Shown here: piece after piece, positions 17,264 through 26,343 of the stretch
Position numbering within the stretch: the stretch's first letter is position 1
Layout: each line of letters opens with the position of its first letter
Virus record (IMG/VR): IMGVR_UViG_3300022695_000170
Coordinates: 1 to 39,037 of that record
DNA length: 39,037 nucleotides
Source of the DNA: a virus
Lineage: Duplodnaviria; Caudoviricetes
Direction: 5' to 3' (one strand)
Position numbers and translations under genes: made by a program
The notes under the pieces: generated by a model
Seen by the model: only the letters and a program-made list of their open reading frames with translations
What the model was told of the DNA's origin: nothing
The model's database searches: none

Positions 17264-17509
17264 TTAATTCTCCTTGGTTTTTATATATTTTTTAACATTC
17301 TCGAATGCCTCTTCCCCGAAATAATCTATATCCAATATTTCTTTAATCTCCAATATTTTTTTACTTGTTATGTCCCGAATCATTTGTGCCGTTTTGTCAT
17401 CATCATACCCAAAACCCCACACACTTAATCTAATTGTATTTAAGCCCTCAATAATACCGAGCGCATAAATTTTAGCTTCCTTTTCATTAGTTATTTCAAG
17501 ATTTTTCAT
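17264..17509 (-). CDS. Early hypothetical protein
   Basis: Start reassigned to MKNLEIT from the GGAGAATTAAAATG RBS. Confidence 0.65.
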   Translation of the reverse strand: MKNLEITNEKEAKIYALGIIEGLNTIRLSVWGFGYDDDKTAQMIRDITSKKILEIKEILDIDYFGEEAFENVKKYIKTKEN

Positions 17510-17510
17510 T

Positions 17511-17723
17511 TTAATTCTCCAATTCAATTTTCGAGAGAACATCCCTAAGAATCGCTGGCGTAATGATTTCTCTCTCTAATAATACAAGTAAAATCAAAAC
17601 TTGTTTCGAAGGTTTGCGTCCATTTTCATATTCAGAGATTCGAGTATATGCACCCAACCCCAAAATTTCTGCGAACTTAGTTTGATTTACCCCTAATTTT
17701 TCTCTGACTTTTCTGATATTCAT
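17511..17723 (-). CDS. XRE-family HTH transcriptional regulator
   Basis: IRKVREKLGVNQTKFAEILGL...ISEYENG.KPS. Confidence 0.88.
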   Translation of the reverse strand: MNIRKVREKLGVNQTKFAEILGLGAYTRISEYENGRKPSKQVLILLVLLEREIITPAILRDVLSKIELEN

Positions 17724-17854
17724 TTTTTATCTCCCTTAATTATTTTTTCTAATCCATTGATATAATCCAAAAGAATTTCCAAAATCTCTTCTTTTTCTGT
17801 TTTGCTGCCGATTGCATAGAGCCTAAGCCATTCTTTTAATTTCTTTTTACTCAT
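17720..17854 (-). CDS. Small hypothetical protein (44 aa)
   Basis: Absent from the ORF track: MSKKKLKEWLRLYAIGSKTEKEEILEILLDYINGLEKIIKGDKK; GGAG RBS; ATGA overlap with the XRE gene. Confidence 0.6.
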   Translation of the reverse strand: MSKKKLKEWLRLYAIGSKTEKEEILEILLDYINGLEKIIKGDKK

Positions 17855-17888
17855 TTTCAATCTCCAATTTTTATTATAAATTTAGTAA

Positions 17889-18197
17889 TTATTCATATTC
17901 AATCCCCTCATCTGAAAACAGTATCGTTTTCCCTTCTGAATCATATATCCACTGCATTAGATTCTCACTATTTTCATCGATTAGTTCCCTAAGTTTTGCC
18001 CACTTCTCATTTTCTTCTTCATCTTGTTCAGACCAATTATAGAAACATTGTTCTAATCTTTCACATTTTTGATTAGTAAGAATATGATGGAAATAAGAAT
18101 CTTCAAAATCTTCTTCAAACTCTGCGGTTATTCCGATTTTGAAAGTTGGGTCATTTTTTAATACTAAGTCTGTCGAAATTATTTCTGTGGTTTCCAT
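17889..18197 (-). CDS. Very acidic early protein (possible DNA mimic)
   Basis: Start METTEII from the GGAGGTACAAAATG RBS; strongly E/D-rich. Confidence 0.6.
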   Translation of the reverse strand: METTEIISTDLVLKNDPTFKIGITAEFEEDFEDSYFHHILTNQKCERLEQCFYNWSEQDEEENEKWAKLRELIDENSENLMQWIYDSEGKTILFSDEGIEYE

Positions 18198-18226
18198 TTT
18201 GTACCTCCAAAGTTTTGTTAAAAATT

Positions 18227-18490
18227 TTAAATAGAATATTTTTTTGCTTCTTCTATTTCTTCTAAAATATTTATTGCTGTATCTATCGCTGCATCCCCTT
18301 TCATTTCGTGAAAGGTTTTCCAAAAATGTTTAATTTCCGAAGTCTTTTTGCCTACAAATTCGGGATTGCCATCTCCGGTATACATTCCCTGATGAGCATA
18401 AATACCTTGATAAATAACTTTTTTGTGGCTATCAATTATTAGTAATTGATAACCGTGTCCATTGTCAATTGTTCTTTGAAAAATTCTCAT
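18227..18490 (-). CDS. Early hypothetical protein
   Basis: Start MRIFQRT from the GAGGTACAAAATG RBS. Confidence 0.65.
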   Translation of the reverse strand: MRIFQRTIDNGHGYQLLIIDSHKKVIYQGIYAHQGMYTGDGNPEFVGKKTSEIKHFWKTFHEMKGDAAIDTAINILEEIEEAKKYSI

Positions 18491-18586
18491 TTTGTACCTC
18501 TTTTTTCTGTTAATAATTATTTTTTTGTCCAAAGATTAATTTTTTTTTGGACATTTAATGTCTCAATTTGAAATTTTGCGTTTTTA

Positions 18587-18844
18587 TTATAAACAAAATA
18601 TTTCTTTGATAACTTCAATCTGCTCATCCGTAAAATCACTCCATCTTGTACCTGTACTATCTAAATAATTTGCAAAACCATCTACACCAGCATCAAAATT
18701 CGGGTCATAACCCATTCCTTCAAAATCTGTTTCCATCATTCTCTTTGCAGATATTAAGTCTGCCGCTTGACTTGCAAAGAATTTTACTTTTGTGGGGTCG
18801 TTCTTAAAAGTTACTACTTTTTCTGTTTTGTTAATCGTTTTCAT
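18587..18844 (-). CDS. First gene of the leftward early operon, hypothetical
   Basis: AAGGAG RBS; lies directly behind the strong promoter. Confidence 0.7.
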   Translation of the reverse strand: MKTINKTEKVVTFKNDPTKVKFFASQAADLISAKRMMETDFEGMGYDPNFDAGVDGFANYLDSTGTRWSDFTDEQIEVIKEIFCL

Positions 18845-18881
18845 CTTTTTAATCTCCTTTGTTTATTTTAATTGCACTTAT

Positions 18882-18910
18882 AATATACGAAATAGATATA
18901 CTTTTGTCAA
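18882..18910 (-). promoter_or_regulatory. Near-consensus sigma70 promoter of the leftward operon
   Basis: Minus strand TTGACA-N17-TATATT. Confidence 0.75.
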
Positions 18911-18940
18911 GTAAAAAATGCAAAATATTTTATTTTTTTT

Positions 18941-18966
18941 GTAAGTTGTTGTTTTTTAAAGAGATA
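18941..18966 (-). repeat. 26-bp element, copy 2 (inverted)
   Basis: gtaagttgttgttttttaaagagata is the reverse complement of 9691-9716. Confidence 0.93.
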
Positions 18967-19039
18967 TAATTGTAAAAAAAATCGACTTTTATCTAAAAAA
19001 ATTTGTAAATTACATTGCAAATCATAAGGAGAGAACGAA

Positions 19040-19282
19040 ATGTCAGATTATACTGTACTTATCACAGAAAAATTAAAAGCGACTCAAAAAAATATTAAAT
19101 TTTGTAATGAAATCGCAGAACAAATCAATAAAAGTTATCCCGATGTTCAAAATGTTGCTGCAGTAATCTTAATCGAATATCTTAATCAAGTCTGTGTGAA
19201 AATTACTCAAGCGCATTCAGATTTTTGTAGATGGTATGTGAAATTGCATTGTAGAATAAAATCATTTGAGAATATTAAATGA
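19040..19282 (+). CDS. Hypothetical protein
   Basis: AAGGAG RBS, 80 aa. Confidence 0.65.
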   Translation: MSDYTVLITEKLKATQKNIKFCNEIAEQINKSYPDVQNVAAVILIEYLNQVCVKITQAHSDFCRWYVKLHCRIKSFENIK

Positions 19283-19334
19283 AATTAAAACACGATGACG
19301 CAAAATTATTAGATGAAGACAATCGAGTTCAAAA

Positions 19335-19718
19335 ATGAATAGATTAACATCGAAACAAGAAAATTTTTGTCAAAATATCGTTTCTGGCAAAACTCAATAT
19401 GAAAGTTATCTTGATGCTTATCCGAGCTCAAAAAAATGGAAAAGAAATTCAGTTGATAATAAAGCAAGCTTATTATTTGAAAACGTAAAGATAGTGCAAA
19501 GAATCGCCGAGCTCAAAAAACCAACCGAAGATCTTCTTGAAGCAAACAGAAAAAAACTAATAGAAAAAGCGTTAAAAGTTGCGTTGAAAGACGAAAAAGT
19601 CAGAAGTACAACTGTAACAATGTTGACAAAATTACTTGACAAATTAGTCGCAACAAAATCAGAATCAAAAATTGAAACACGAGACAAAACATTAGAAGAT
19701 TTTTTGAAAGAGTTGTAA
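19335..19718 (+). CDS. terS: Terminase small subunit
   Basis: LTSKQENFCQNIVSG.TQYESYLDAY...ASLLFEN.KI.QRIAEL N-terminal HTH. Confidence 0.8.
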   Translation: MNRLTSKQENFCQNIVSGKTQYESYLDAYPSSKKWKRNSVDNKASLLFENVKIVQRIAELKKPTEDLLEANRKKLIEKALKVALKDEKVRSTTVTMLTKLLDKLVATKSESKIETRDKTLEDFLKEL

Positions 19719-19720
19719 AA

Positions 19721-19927
19721 ATGAAAAAATCAAATAGTGAACAGCAGCGGATTTTTTTGCGAAAATATTACTCGAATCTTTTAAGTTATTACAAATTTAA
19801 AGAAGATGAAAAATTGCTCAATATAATTGTACCCGCAGACACTTATCAAACATTTAATTATTATGACGAATTTAAAAAACTATATCAAACAAATAGTAAC
19901 GAAAACAAAAAAAACACAAAAATCTAA
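19721..19927 (+). CDS. Hypothetical protein
   Basis: Follows terS after a 2-nt gap. Confidence 0.5.
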   Translation: MKKSNSEQQRIFLRKYYSNLLSYYKFKEDEKLLNIIVPADTYQTFNYYDEFKKLYQTNSNENKKNTKI

Positions 19928-20028
19928 AAAGGTTTGTACTGAAAAACGAATTTCTATATAATACTTTAAAGAGAAAATTTGAAAAAGTTCTATAAAATAT
20001 TGAAAATAAATAAGTTAAAAAATACAAT

Positions 20029-20065
20029 TGTTAGAAATAACTAATTTTGTGTTAGAAATAACTAA
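20029..20065. repeat. Two 16-bp direct repeats in 21-bp phase (operator/iteron-like)
   Basis: tgttagaaataactaa at 20029-20044 and 20050-20065, each with TTAG...CTAA dyad ends. Confidence 0.75.
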
Positions 20066-20085
20066 CAAATGAGGAATGAGTTGAT

Positions 20086-20628
20086 ATGAAAAACTTCAAA
20101 ATTATTGATAATAAAACCGGTGAAATAATAAAATCCGGTTATAAAATTGTAAAAATAAAAAGCACCGGTGATTATTATAAAAAATCGTCAGTTATATTTC
20201 ACGATGAAATAATCAATGATATGATTATTATTAGACCGCTTTTGAATTTGTTGATACAATATATGCGTAGAGAAACAAATATTGTAACATTTGATAGTAG
20301 ATTTTCGAAACAAGATTTGAAAGATGTTTTAGGAATTAGCGATAATTATTTTCGCTGGTTGATGCACATTGAAAAAACAATGATGACGCTTACAAAGATT
20401 AATTCAATATCATATATGCTGAATCCGAATTATTTTACAAAAGCTTACGGAGAAGACCGGGAAAAATTAATTCAAAATTGGAATAGGATCTTATTACAGA
20501 AAACAAAAACTGCAGCACAGAAAAAGATTGAGAAACAAAGAATTGCAGCAAAGAAACGAAAAGCCGAGAAAGAAGCGAGAAAAAAGTTGCGATTAGTGTA
20601 TTTTAATAGAAAAAAAATAATAGGATAG
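20086..20628 (+). CDS. RepL-like winged-helix DNA-binding protein
   Basis: IIDNKTGEII N-terminus; SKQDLKDVLGIS HTH; YMLNPNYF motif. Confidence 0.55.
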   Translation: MKNFKIIDNKTGEIIKSGYKIVKIKSTGDYYKKSSVIFHDEIINDMIIIRPLLNLLIQYMRRETNIVTFDSRFSKQDLKDVLGISDNYFRWLMHIEKTMMTLTKINSISYMLNPNYFTKAYGEDREKLIQNWNRILLQKTKTAAQKKIEKQRIAAKKRKAEKEARKKLRLVYFNRKKIIG

Positions 20629-20633
20629 ATTAA

Positions 20634-20897
20634 ATGATAGACACTCAAATAGAATATAATAAAGAAGATTTCCCGTTTCTTAGTAAGAAAAGAAAAAGGA
20701 TTAATGAGAGAATCAATTTAAGCTGGCGAGCGTATAATGTGTTATGTCAAATCACAAAAAATAAAATAATAACTACTTATGACGTTTTAGAATGTTTAAA
20801 AGGGAAGACTTATGAGGAGATTAGAAAATTGAAAGGTTGTGGAGATAAAACTTATGAAGAACTTATGAAGTTTGTAAAAAAAGAGCTTAATAATTAA
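20634..20897 (+). CDS. Stand-alone RNA polymerase alpha C-terminal-domain-like protein
   Basis: INLSWRAYNVL...IITTYDV...TYEEIRKLKGCGDKTYEEL aligns with the alphaCTD pattern L.LSVR.YN.L...I.T..DL...EE.L.K..N.G.KS.EEI. Confidence 0.75.
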   Translation: MIDTQIEYNKEDFPFLSKKRKRINERINLSWRAYNVLCQITKNKIITTYDVLECLKGKTYEEIRKLKGCGDKTYEELMKFVKKELNN

Positions 20898-20911
20898 AGA
20901 GAATAAATAAT

Positions 20912-21112
20912 ATGTTAAAACAATTTATAAAAAACAGTAAAAAAAAGAGAATTGAAATGAAGGATAGGTATAAAATATTATTAGAGCTTTTAAATAAATT
21001 AAGAGCAATTGATGTGCCTAACAAAGCCGCACTTTACGACAATCTTATCGATTGTGAGAATGAGATTAACAATAGTTCGATTAAAACTAAGACTGAAATC
21101 AAATTTGTGTAA
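20912..21112 (+). CDS. Hypothetical protein
   Basis: ORF track, 66 aa. Confidence 0.5.
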   Translation: MLKQFIKNSKKKRIEMKDRYKILLELLNKLRAIDVPNKAALYDNLIDCENEINNSSIKTKTEIKFV

Positions 21113-21204
21113 GGAATTTGTGTAAGGTGCGGGGAGAAGTGTGATTATTGTTAGCCACAAAATTCAGATAGGTGAGTGATAAAAACAATAAATAGAGGTG
21201 AGGT

Positions 21205-21516
21205 TTGAAACATTTATTAATTTTTAATATCGGAAATAGATTAGAAAAAGCAGATAATCCTTGTTGGGTAAAAGACAAAGTCACTAACGATACATTTGAC
21301 ATAATTTTTTTTAAATGGATTATCCGGAAAGAAAATAATACTTACCAAGTAAGAAGATTTGATGCATATAGAGGCACAACAGAAGATGCTTCTTGTATAG
21401 TAAGAAAGTTTAAGAGTAAAACATTAGCAAAATTATACAAAAAATATTGGGAATGGGAAATTAATAAATATTATATAAAAAATTTTAGCGGAGAGCAGTC
21501 AAAAAATGCAACGTGA
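21205..21516 (+). CDS. Hypothetical protein
   Basis: GAGGTGAGG RBS before a TTG start. Confidence 0.6.
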   Translation: MKHLLIFNIGNRLEKADNPCWVKDKVTNDTFDIIFFKWIIRKENNTYQVRRFDAYRGTTEDASCIVRKFKSKTLAKLYKKYWEWEINKYYIKNFSGEQSKNAT

Positions 21517-21820
21517 ACTTCCAAATAAAATAAAAATATTTGATGCAACATATACTATAACTTATACAGACAAGCCCTCTGAAGTTGATATTTTTAAACG
21601 AGACTCACTCTGGGGACAAATTGATTTTTGGACAAGGACTATAAGGATATTTAATGATGATGGGAAACTTAGTGATGATGATATATGGCAAACAATATGG
21701 CACGAAATATTACACGGGATTTGTAATAAATTAAAGTTAAATGATTTAGGAGATGATGATAAAACGATAGATTTACTGGCGACCGGAATAAATTCAGTAA
21801 TTATTGATAATAAATTATAG
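21506..21820 (+). CDS. Small zincin-like (HExxH) metallopeptidase, ImmA/IrrE-like
   Basis: LWGQIDF..RTIRI...QTIWHEILHGI. Confidence 0.7.
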   Translation: MQRELPNKIKIFDATYTITYTDKPSEVDIFKRDSLWGQIDFWTRTIRIFNDDGKLSDDDIWQTIWHEILHGICNKLKLNDLGDDDKTIDLLATGINSVIIDNKL

Positions 21821-21979
21821 TTAGATAAATGAAAAGAAAATTTATAAATGATGGCAAAAATACTTGGATAGAAAAAATCAAAAGAGAGATTAAACATTCT
21901 AAAAATTATATTGAATTAAGAAAAAAGAAAAAACTGTTTGACGAAAAATATAAAAATTTTAATTATAGAGAATAAAATT

Positions 21980-23677
21980 ATGATTAAAGCACAGATTAAA
22001 AATAAAATTAAAGACAAAATACTTGATTATGAAAGTTATGCAGCAAAGTTTCTGAAAATCAGAGACAAAAATGGCGATATAGTAAAATTCAATCGTAATA
22101 AAGCCCAAAAGAAATTATATAGAGCAATTCAAGAATCAATCCAAAACAATAAACCCCCAAGAATAATTATTTTAAAAGCGCGACAAATTGGGTTTTCAAC
22201 TGAAACAGAAGCTGAAATATTTCATAGAACTTCTACACAGTTTAATCGGAAAGCTATGATAATTGCGCATATTCGAGAAGCATCAGATAATCTATTTAAA
22301 ATATTCAAAACTTTTTATAATGAATTACCGTCTCAATTACAACCACAGCTTAACAAATCGAATGAGAAAAAATTAGAATTTGGGAAATTAAATAGTGAAA
22401 TTAAGATAGCAACTGCGGAAAGTAGAGAAAAATTAGGGCGTTCAGATACAATACAAGATTTACACGCTTCAGAGGTAGCTTTTTGGAGTGATGCAGATGC
22501 AGGAATGTTAGCATTATTACAAGTTGTGCCTGAAAGGACGAACACATTAGTAGTCGCTGAATCTACTGCGAATGGTATTGGTGGCTGGTTTTATGACACA
22601 TATATAGCAGCAAAAAACAATGAAAATGATTGGACACCTTTATTTTTCCCCTGGTTCGAAAATGATGAATACAGGAAAGAATTTGAGAATGTAGAAGAAA
22701 GAGAAAATTTTATTGATTTAATGAATGATTATGAAAAAAATCTAATTACACATTTCAAATTAGAATTAGAGCAGGTTAATTGGTATCGTTACACGCTAAG
22801 AAATAAAGTTAAAAATGATAAAGATAAAATGTTTCAAGAATATCCTACGACAGAGAGGGAGGCTTTTCTTGCGACTGGTCGTCCTGTTTTTGATGTTGAT
22901 ATTTGTTTTAGAAATTTTGAAAGAAGTGTCGAGGGTGTAAAGGGTAATTTAATTTTGAAAGACGAAAAAGTAATTTTTGTTGAAAATAAAAATGGTTTTA
23001 TAGAGTTGCATAAAGAAATTAAAATTGACGAAAAAGAGCATAATGTATTTGCAGCGGGTACGGATGTTGCGGAAGGATTAGAACAGGGAGATAGAAGTAT
23101 TATAAAAGTTTTAGATAGACGGGATAACAAAGTATGCTTGACGTGGTCGGGGCATATTGATGCAGATTTATTAGGCGATGAACAAAAAAAGATTCAAATA
23201 TTTCTTAAAAATAAAGTCCAGTTTGCAACTGAAAAAAACAATCACGGATTAACTACAATCACACGTGCATTTGATTTAGGTGTTAATCAGTATTACAGAG
23301 AAGATTTTTCAAAAGGATATGAAGTTGGGAAAAAAGAAATTGGATGGATAACTAATAGTAAAACAAAGCCTTATATGATTAATCTTTTAGAAGAATGGAT
23401 TAGAAAACAATTATTCACAGATACCGAAAAAGAATTTTGGAGTGAATGTTTAACATTCGTAAAAGATTCACACGGTAAAATGGGGGCACAGGGAAAATTA
23501 GCAAATCCTGGTGTAAAATGTTATGATGATAGAGTAATTGCAGGGGCATTGATGATTGTATGTTCAATTTGGATGCCAAATTATTTTAGAGAGGAATACC
23601 GGGAGCCGGCAAGATTACCGGAATATTTAAATGATTATGAATTAAATACCTATGAACTAACAGAGACAAGTTTATGA
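21980..23677 (+). CDS. terL: Terminase large subunit
   Basis: IILKARQIGFST (Walker A), LHASEVAFW (Walker B), ESTANG, nuclease motifs AGTDVAEG, EKNNHG and YDDRVIA. Confidence 0.95.
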   Translation: MIKAQIKNKIKDKILDYESYAAKFLKIRDKNGDIVKFNRNKAQKKLYRAIQESIQNNKPPRIIILKARQIGFSTETEAEIFHRTSTQFNRKAMIIAHIREASDNLFKIFKTFYNELPSQLQPQLNKSNEKKLEFGKLNSEIKIATAESREKLGRSDTIQDLHASEVAFWSDADAGMLALLQVVPERTNTLVVAESTANGIGGWFYDTYIAAKNNENDWTPLFFPWFENDEYRKEFENVEERENFIDLMNDYEKNLITHFKLELEQVNWYRYTLRNKVKNDKDKMFQEYPTTEREAFLATGRPVFDVDICFRNFERSVEGVKGNLILKDEKVIFVENKNGFIELHKEIKIDEKEHNVFAAGTDVAEGLEQGDRSIIKVLDRRDNKVCLTWSGHIDADLLGDEQKKIQIFLKNKVQFATEKNNHGLTTITRAFDLGVNQYYREDFSKGYEVGKKEIGWITNSKTKPYMINLLEEWIRKQLFTDTEKEFWSECLTFVKDSHGKMGAQGKLANPGVKCYDDRVIAGALMIVCSIWMPNYFREEYREPARLPEYLNDYELNTYELTETSL

Positions 23678-25563
23678 AAGAGCTAAATACACCATTATCA
23701 ATCTCGGAATTATTAGCATTCCACGATGCAGTTTATTCTTTTTTTAGCGAGAAATGGAGGACAATTGAACGTAACGAAGGAAGATTAAAAGCTGATAATT
23801 GGACAGATAAACAGAAAAAAGATATTAAAGGACAGGGTAGAATCCCTTTTTCAATGCCTGTGAATGCTTCATTTATTCGTAGGATTGTAGGGAGTCAAAG
23901 AAATTCACGTCAAGGCTGGAGAGTTGAGGCAGCCACTAATCCCGAAGCAGAGATCCCAGCAGAGATTGGAGGTATTCTTTTAAGGGATTACGAGCGAAAA
24001 AACAATATGAAATATATTGAATCAGATGTATTTGAGGATGGAATAGGTAAGTCTTTCGGAGTTGATAAATTTAGAATTGACTATTCAACCGGACTTCCCG
24101 TGATTAAAAATGAAAAAATTGATATAAAAAATATAGTATGGGATATTAATGATTCGTCTTATTCTATTGAAAAGCCTCAATTTGTAGCTGAAATTGAAAG
24201 AAAATATAGATATGAGTTAGAAAAAGAGTATGATTTAATTGATGGGACAGGTGATGCTTCGGGGTCGTTAATGGGTAGAGGAAAAATTGATTATTATTGT
24301 ACAGGAAGCGGTGATTATCAAATCATTGCGCTTTTCCACCATTATCAACGTGTAAAAAAAACAAGATATAAGATAATGTTTAAAAATTTTATTGGATTGC
24401 CTGGGTTTGAATCTTTCACGAGCAAAAAATTTACAAATAGAGCAGATGCAGAAAAAGTAATACATAATTTAGAATTTATTTATGCAGCTAATTCAGTCCC
24501 TTTTGATGGTGAGGCGGAAATACAAGACATTCAAGAATTTGTTTATGATTATTATAAATTTAATTATAATCAAATCTTAGAATATGAAGAGACGAATTTA
24601 GAGTTTCATCCTTATAATTTTTATTTCTCAATGAGAGTCGGGAATGATTGGGTTTCGTTAATGGATATAATGAGTTCACCTCAAATTTTCATCGATAAAA
24701 TGTATCAACAAATGGATCATTCAATGAGGAAAGAACTTAAAAATGTCTTAGAAATGGATGTAAACCGATTAGCTAATGGTGAAACTCCCACATCGGCAGC
24801 AAGGAAAGCGGGTAAAACCGGTGGGATCATTTTCAAAAAAGGGGAAAGGGTATTGGATGTAGTTGAATCACGAGGTTTTAATCCTCAGTATCTGCAAGTA
24901 CTTGGTGTAATAGGACAATTAATAGCAGATATAACCGGTGGGAATAATGTCAATGGGCTCAAAGAATCAGCAAATGAATCAGGGCGAGCGGTAGCTTTAC
25001 GCCAACAGCAAGGGAAAATGAGTAATTATTATTTCCTGGATAATTTTGAGCGTTATAAAGTATCAAAGGGATGGAAATTGTTGAAATTAAGTCAAAAATA
25101 TGATACTGCGAAAAAGATTCTTAAAGTTGCAGGAAGTGAATTAAGTGATGAAATGATCCAAATTTTACAGGAAAATGGGATTTATAGCCAAAGCAAACGT
25201 TCTAAATATGGTTTTATAAAAGTTAATGACCCTGAAAATGCATTAACATTTTTGAAAGACGCTGATTTAGAATTAGTTATTGATACAGCTCCCATGACAG
25301 ATTATGAAAAATTAACAAAATTAAATCAAATGTTAGATGCGGAAAGATTAGACCCGACTTTAACGCAGTTACCGAGTTGGCAAGCTAAAAAATTAGAAGT
25401 TATGGATTTACCGAAATCATTAATACAAGATTTGAAAAAAGAGCGCTTAGAATTAATGCAATCACAACAGGCATTTCAACAACAGCAGTTGAATTTAGAG
25501 AAAGCAAAAGTTTTGGCAGGCATGAAAGACGGCGTTAATCTCAAAGAGGAGGTTAAAAAATGA
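23674..25563 (+). CDS. Portal protein (P22-like)
   Basis: 629 aa directly after terL; NESGRAVALRQQQG motif; Q-rich C-terminal coil. Confidence 0.85.
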   Translation: MKELNTPLSISELLAFHDAVYSFFSEKWRTIERNEGRLKADNWTDKQKKDIKGQGRIPFSMPVNASFIRRIVGSQRNSRQGWRVEAATNPEAEIPAEIGGILLRDYERKNNMKYIESDVFEDGIGKSFGVDKFRIDYSTGLPVIKNEKIDIKNIVWDINDSSYSIEKPQFVAEIERKYRYELEKEYDLIDGTGDASGSLMGRGKIDYYCTGSGDYQIIALFHHYQRVKKTRYKIMFKNFIGLPGFESFTSKKFTNRADAEKVIHNLEFIYAANSVPFDGEAEIQDIQEFVYDYYKFNYNQILEYEETNLEFHPYNFYFSMRVGNDWVSLMDIMSSPQIFIDKMYQQMDHSMRKELKNVLEMDVNRLANGETPTSAARKAGKTGGIIFKKGERVLDVVESRGFNPQYLQVLGVIGQLIADITGGNNVNGLKESANESGRAVALRQQQGKMSNYYFLDNFERYKVSKGWKLLKLSQKYDTAKKILKVAGSELSDEMIQILQENGIYSQSKRSKYGFIKVNDPENALTFLKDADLELVIDTAPMTDYEKLTKLNQMLDAERLDPTLTQLPSWQAKKLEVMDLPKSLIQDLKKERLELMQSQQAFQQQQLNLEKAKVLAGMKDGVNLKEEVKK

Positions 25564-25946
25564 TTTTTAGATTTAAAAAAGATGATAATTATGTAACAAA
25601 AGAAGGTATAAAAAGAGGATTAAGTCCCGAAATATCCGAGCAGATAGGAAAATTAATGAAAGATACGCCGGAGGGGGATGTTATACAACCTTTGCACGAT
25701 AAGAAAAAAGATAATTATGAAATAGATAGAGGATTTAGAAAAGGTTTTGAATATCAAATCGCAAGAGGTGGGGGAGTTTACAAAGGATTTGCTCGAAGAA
25801 AAGTAAAACATTTTTTAACTAATGAAATAAAGATAATTGAAATAGAAACAACTGTAAGATTGACTCAAGATGAATGTGGAAAAGAATTATTTAGTAGAAT
25901 CGATGCGGCGATGGAAGGGTATAAATATAAATATAATATGAATTAA
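25560..25946 (+). CDS. Hypothetical protein
   Basis: GAGGAGG RBS, ATGA overlap. Confidence 0.65.
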   Translation: MIFRFKKDDNYVTKEGIKRGLSPEISEQIGKLMKDTPEGDVIQPLHDKKKDNYEIDRGFRKGFEYQIARGGGVYKGFARRKVKHFLTNEIKIIEIETTVRLTQDECGKELFSRIDAAMEGYKYKYNMN

Positions 25947-25958
25947 TGGAGATTAAAA

Positions 25959-26045
25959 ATGGATGAAGTGGGGAAAAGTGTAATAATTATTTTTATATTT
26001 ATTATAGTAATTATTGGATTGGCATTGTTATTCCCTAATTTTTAG
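25959..26045 (+). CDS. 28-aa single-TM peptide
   Basis: GGAG RBS; MDEVGKSVIIIFIFIIVIIGLALLFPNF. Confidence 0.5.
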   Translation: MDEVGKSVIIIFIFIIVIIGLALLFPNF

Positions 26046-26085
26046 CCAAAATTTTTTATAATAGATTAATTAAAAAGGAATTAGA

Positions 26086-26343
26086 ATGAATTTATTATTT
26101 GGAAGAAAAGTATTAAAAATAGAACAATTTGCTTTTGAAATAAATAGATGGGGTGAATTTAATATTCAGGAAGAAGGTCTTGTTACAATAACTTTTATAA
26201 ATGAAAAGTTTGATAATGTCCAATTGCCATTCAGTGGAAAGTATAATCGGAATGTGTGGTGAATATTAGCAGATATAAATCAAGAAATAGAGGATATTGA
26301 AATGGAGTATGAAAAGAAAAAATTAAAGAAGGATAAAATATGA
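26086..26343 (+). pseudogene. 85-codon frame interrupted by one in-frame TGA (26260-26262)
   Basis: MNLLFGRK...YNRNVW*ILADINQEIEDIEMEYEKKKLKKDKI*; the distal stop overlaps the next ATG. Confidence 0.55.

Noticed and set aside
20029-20065. CRISPR mini-array
   Set aside because: Only two 16-bp units with a 5-bp gap; no spacer-length intervals and no cas genes.
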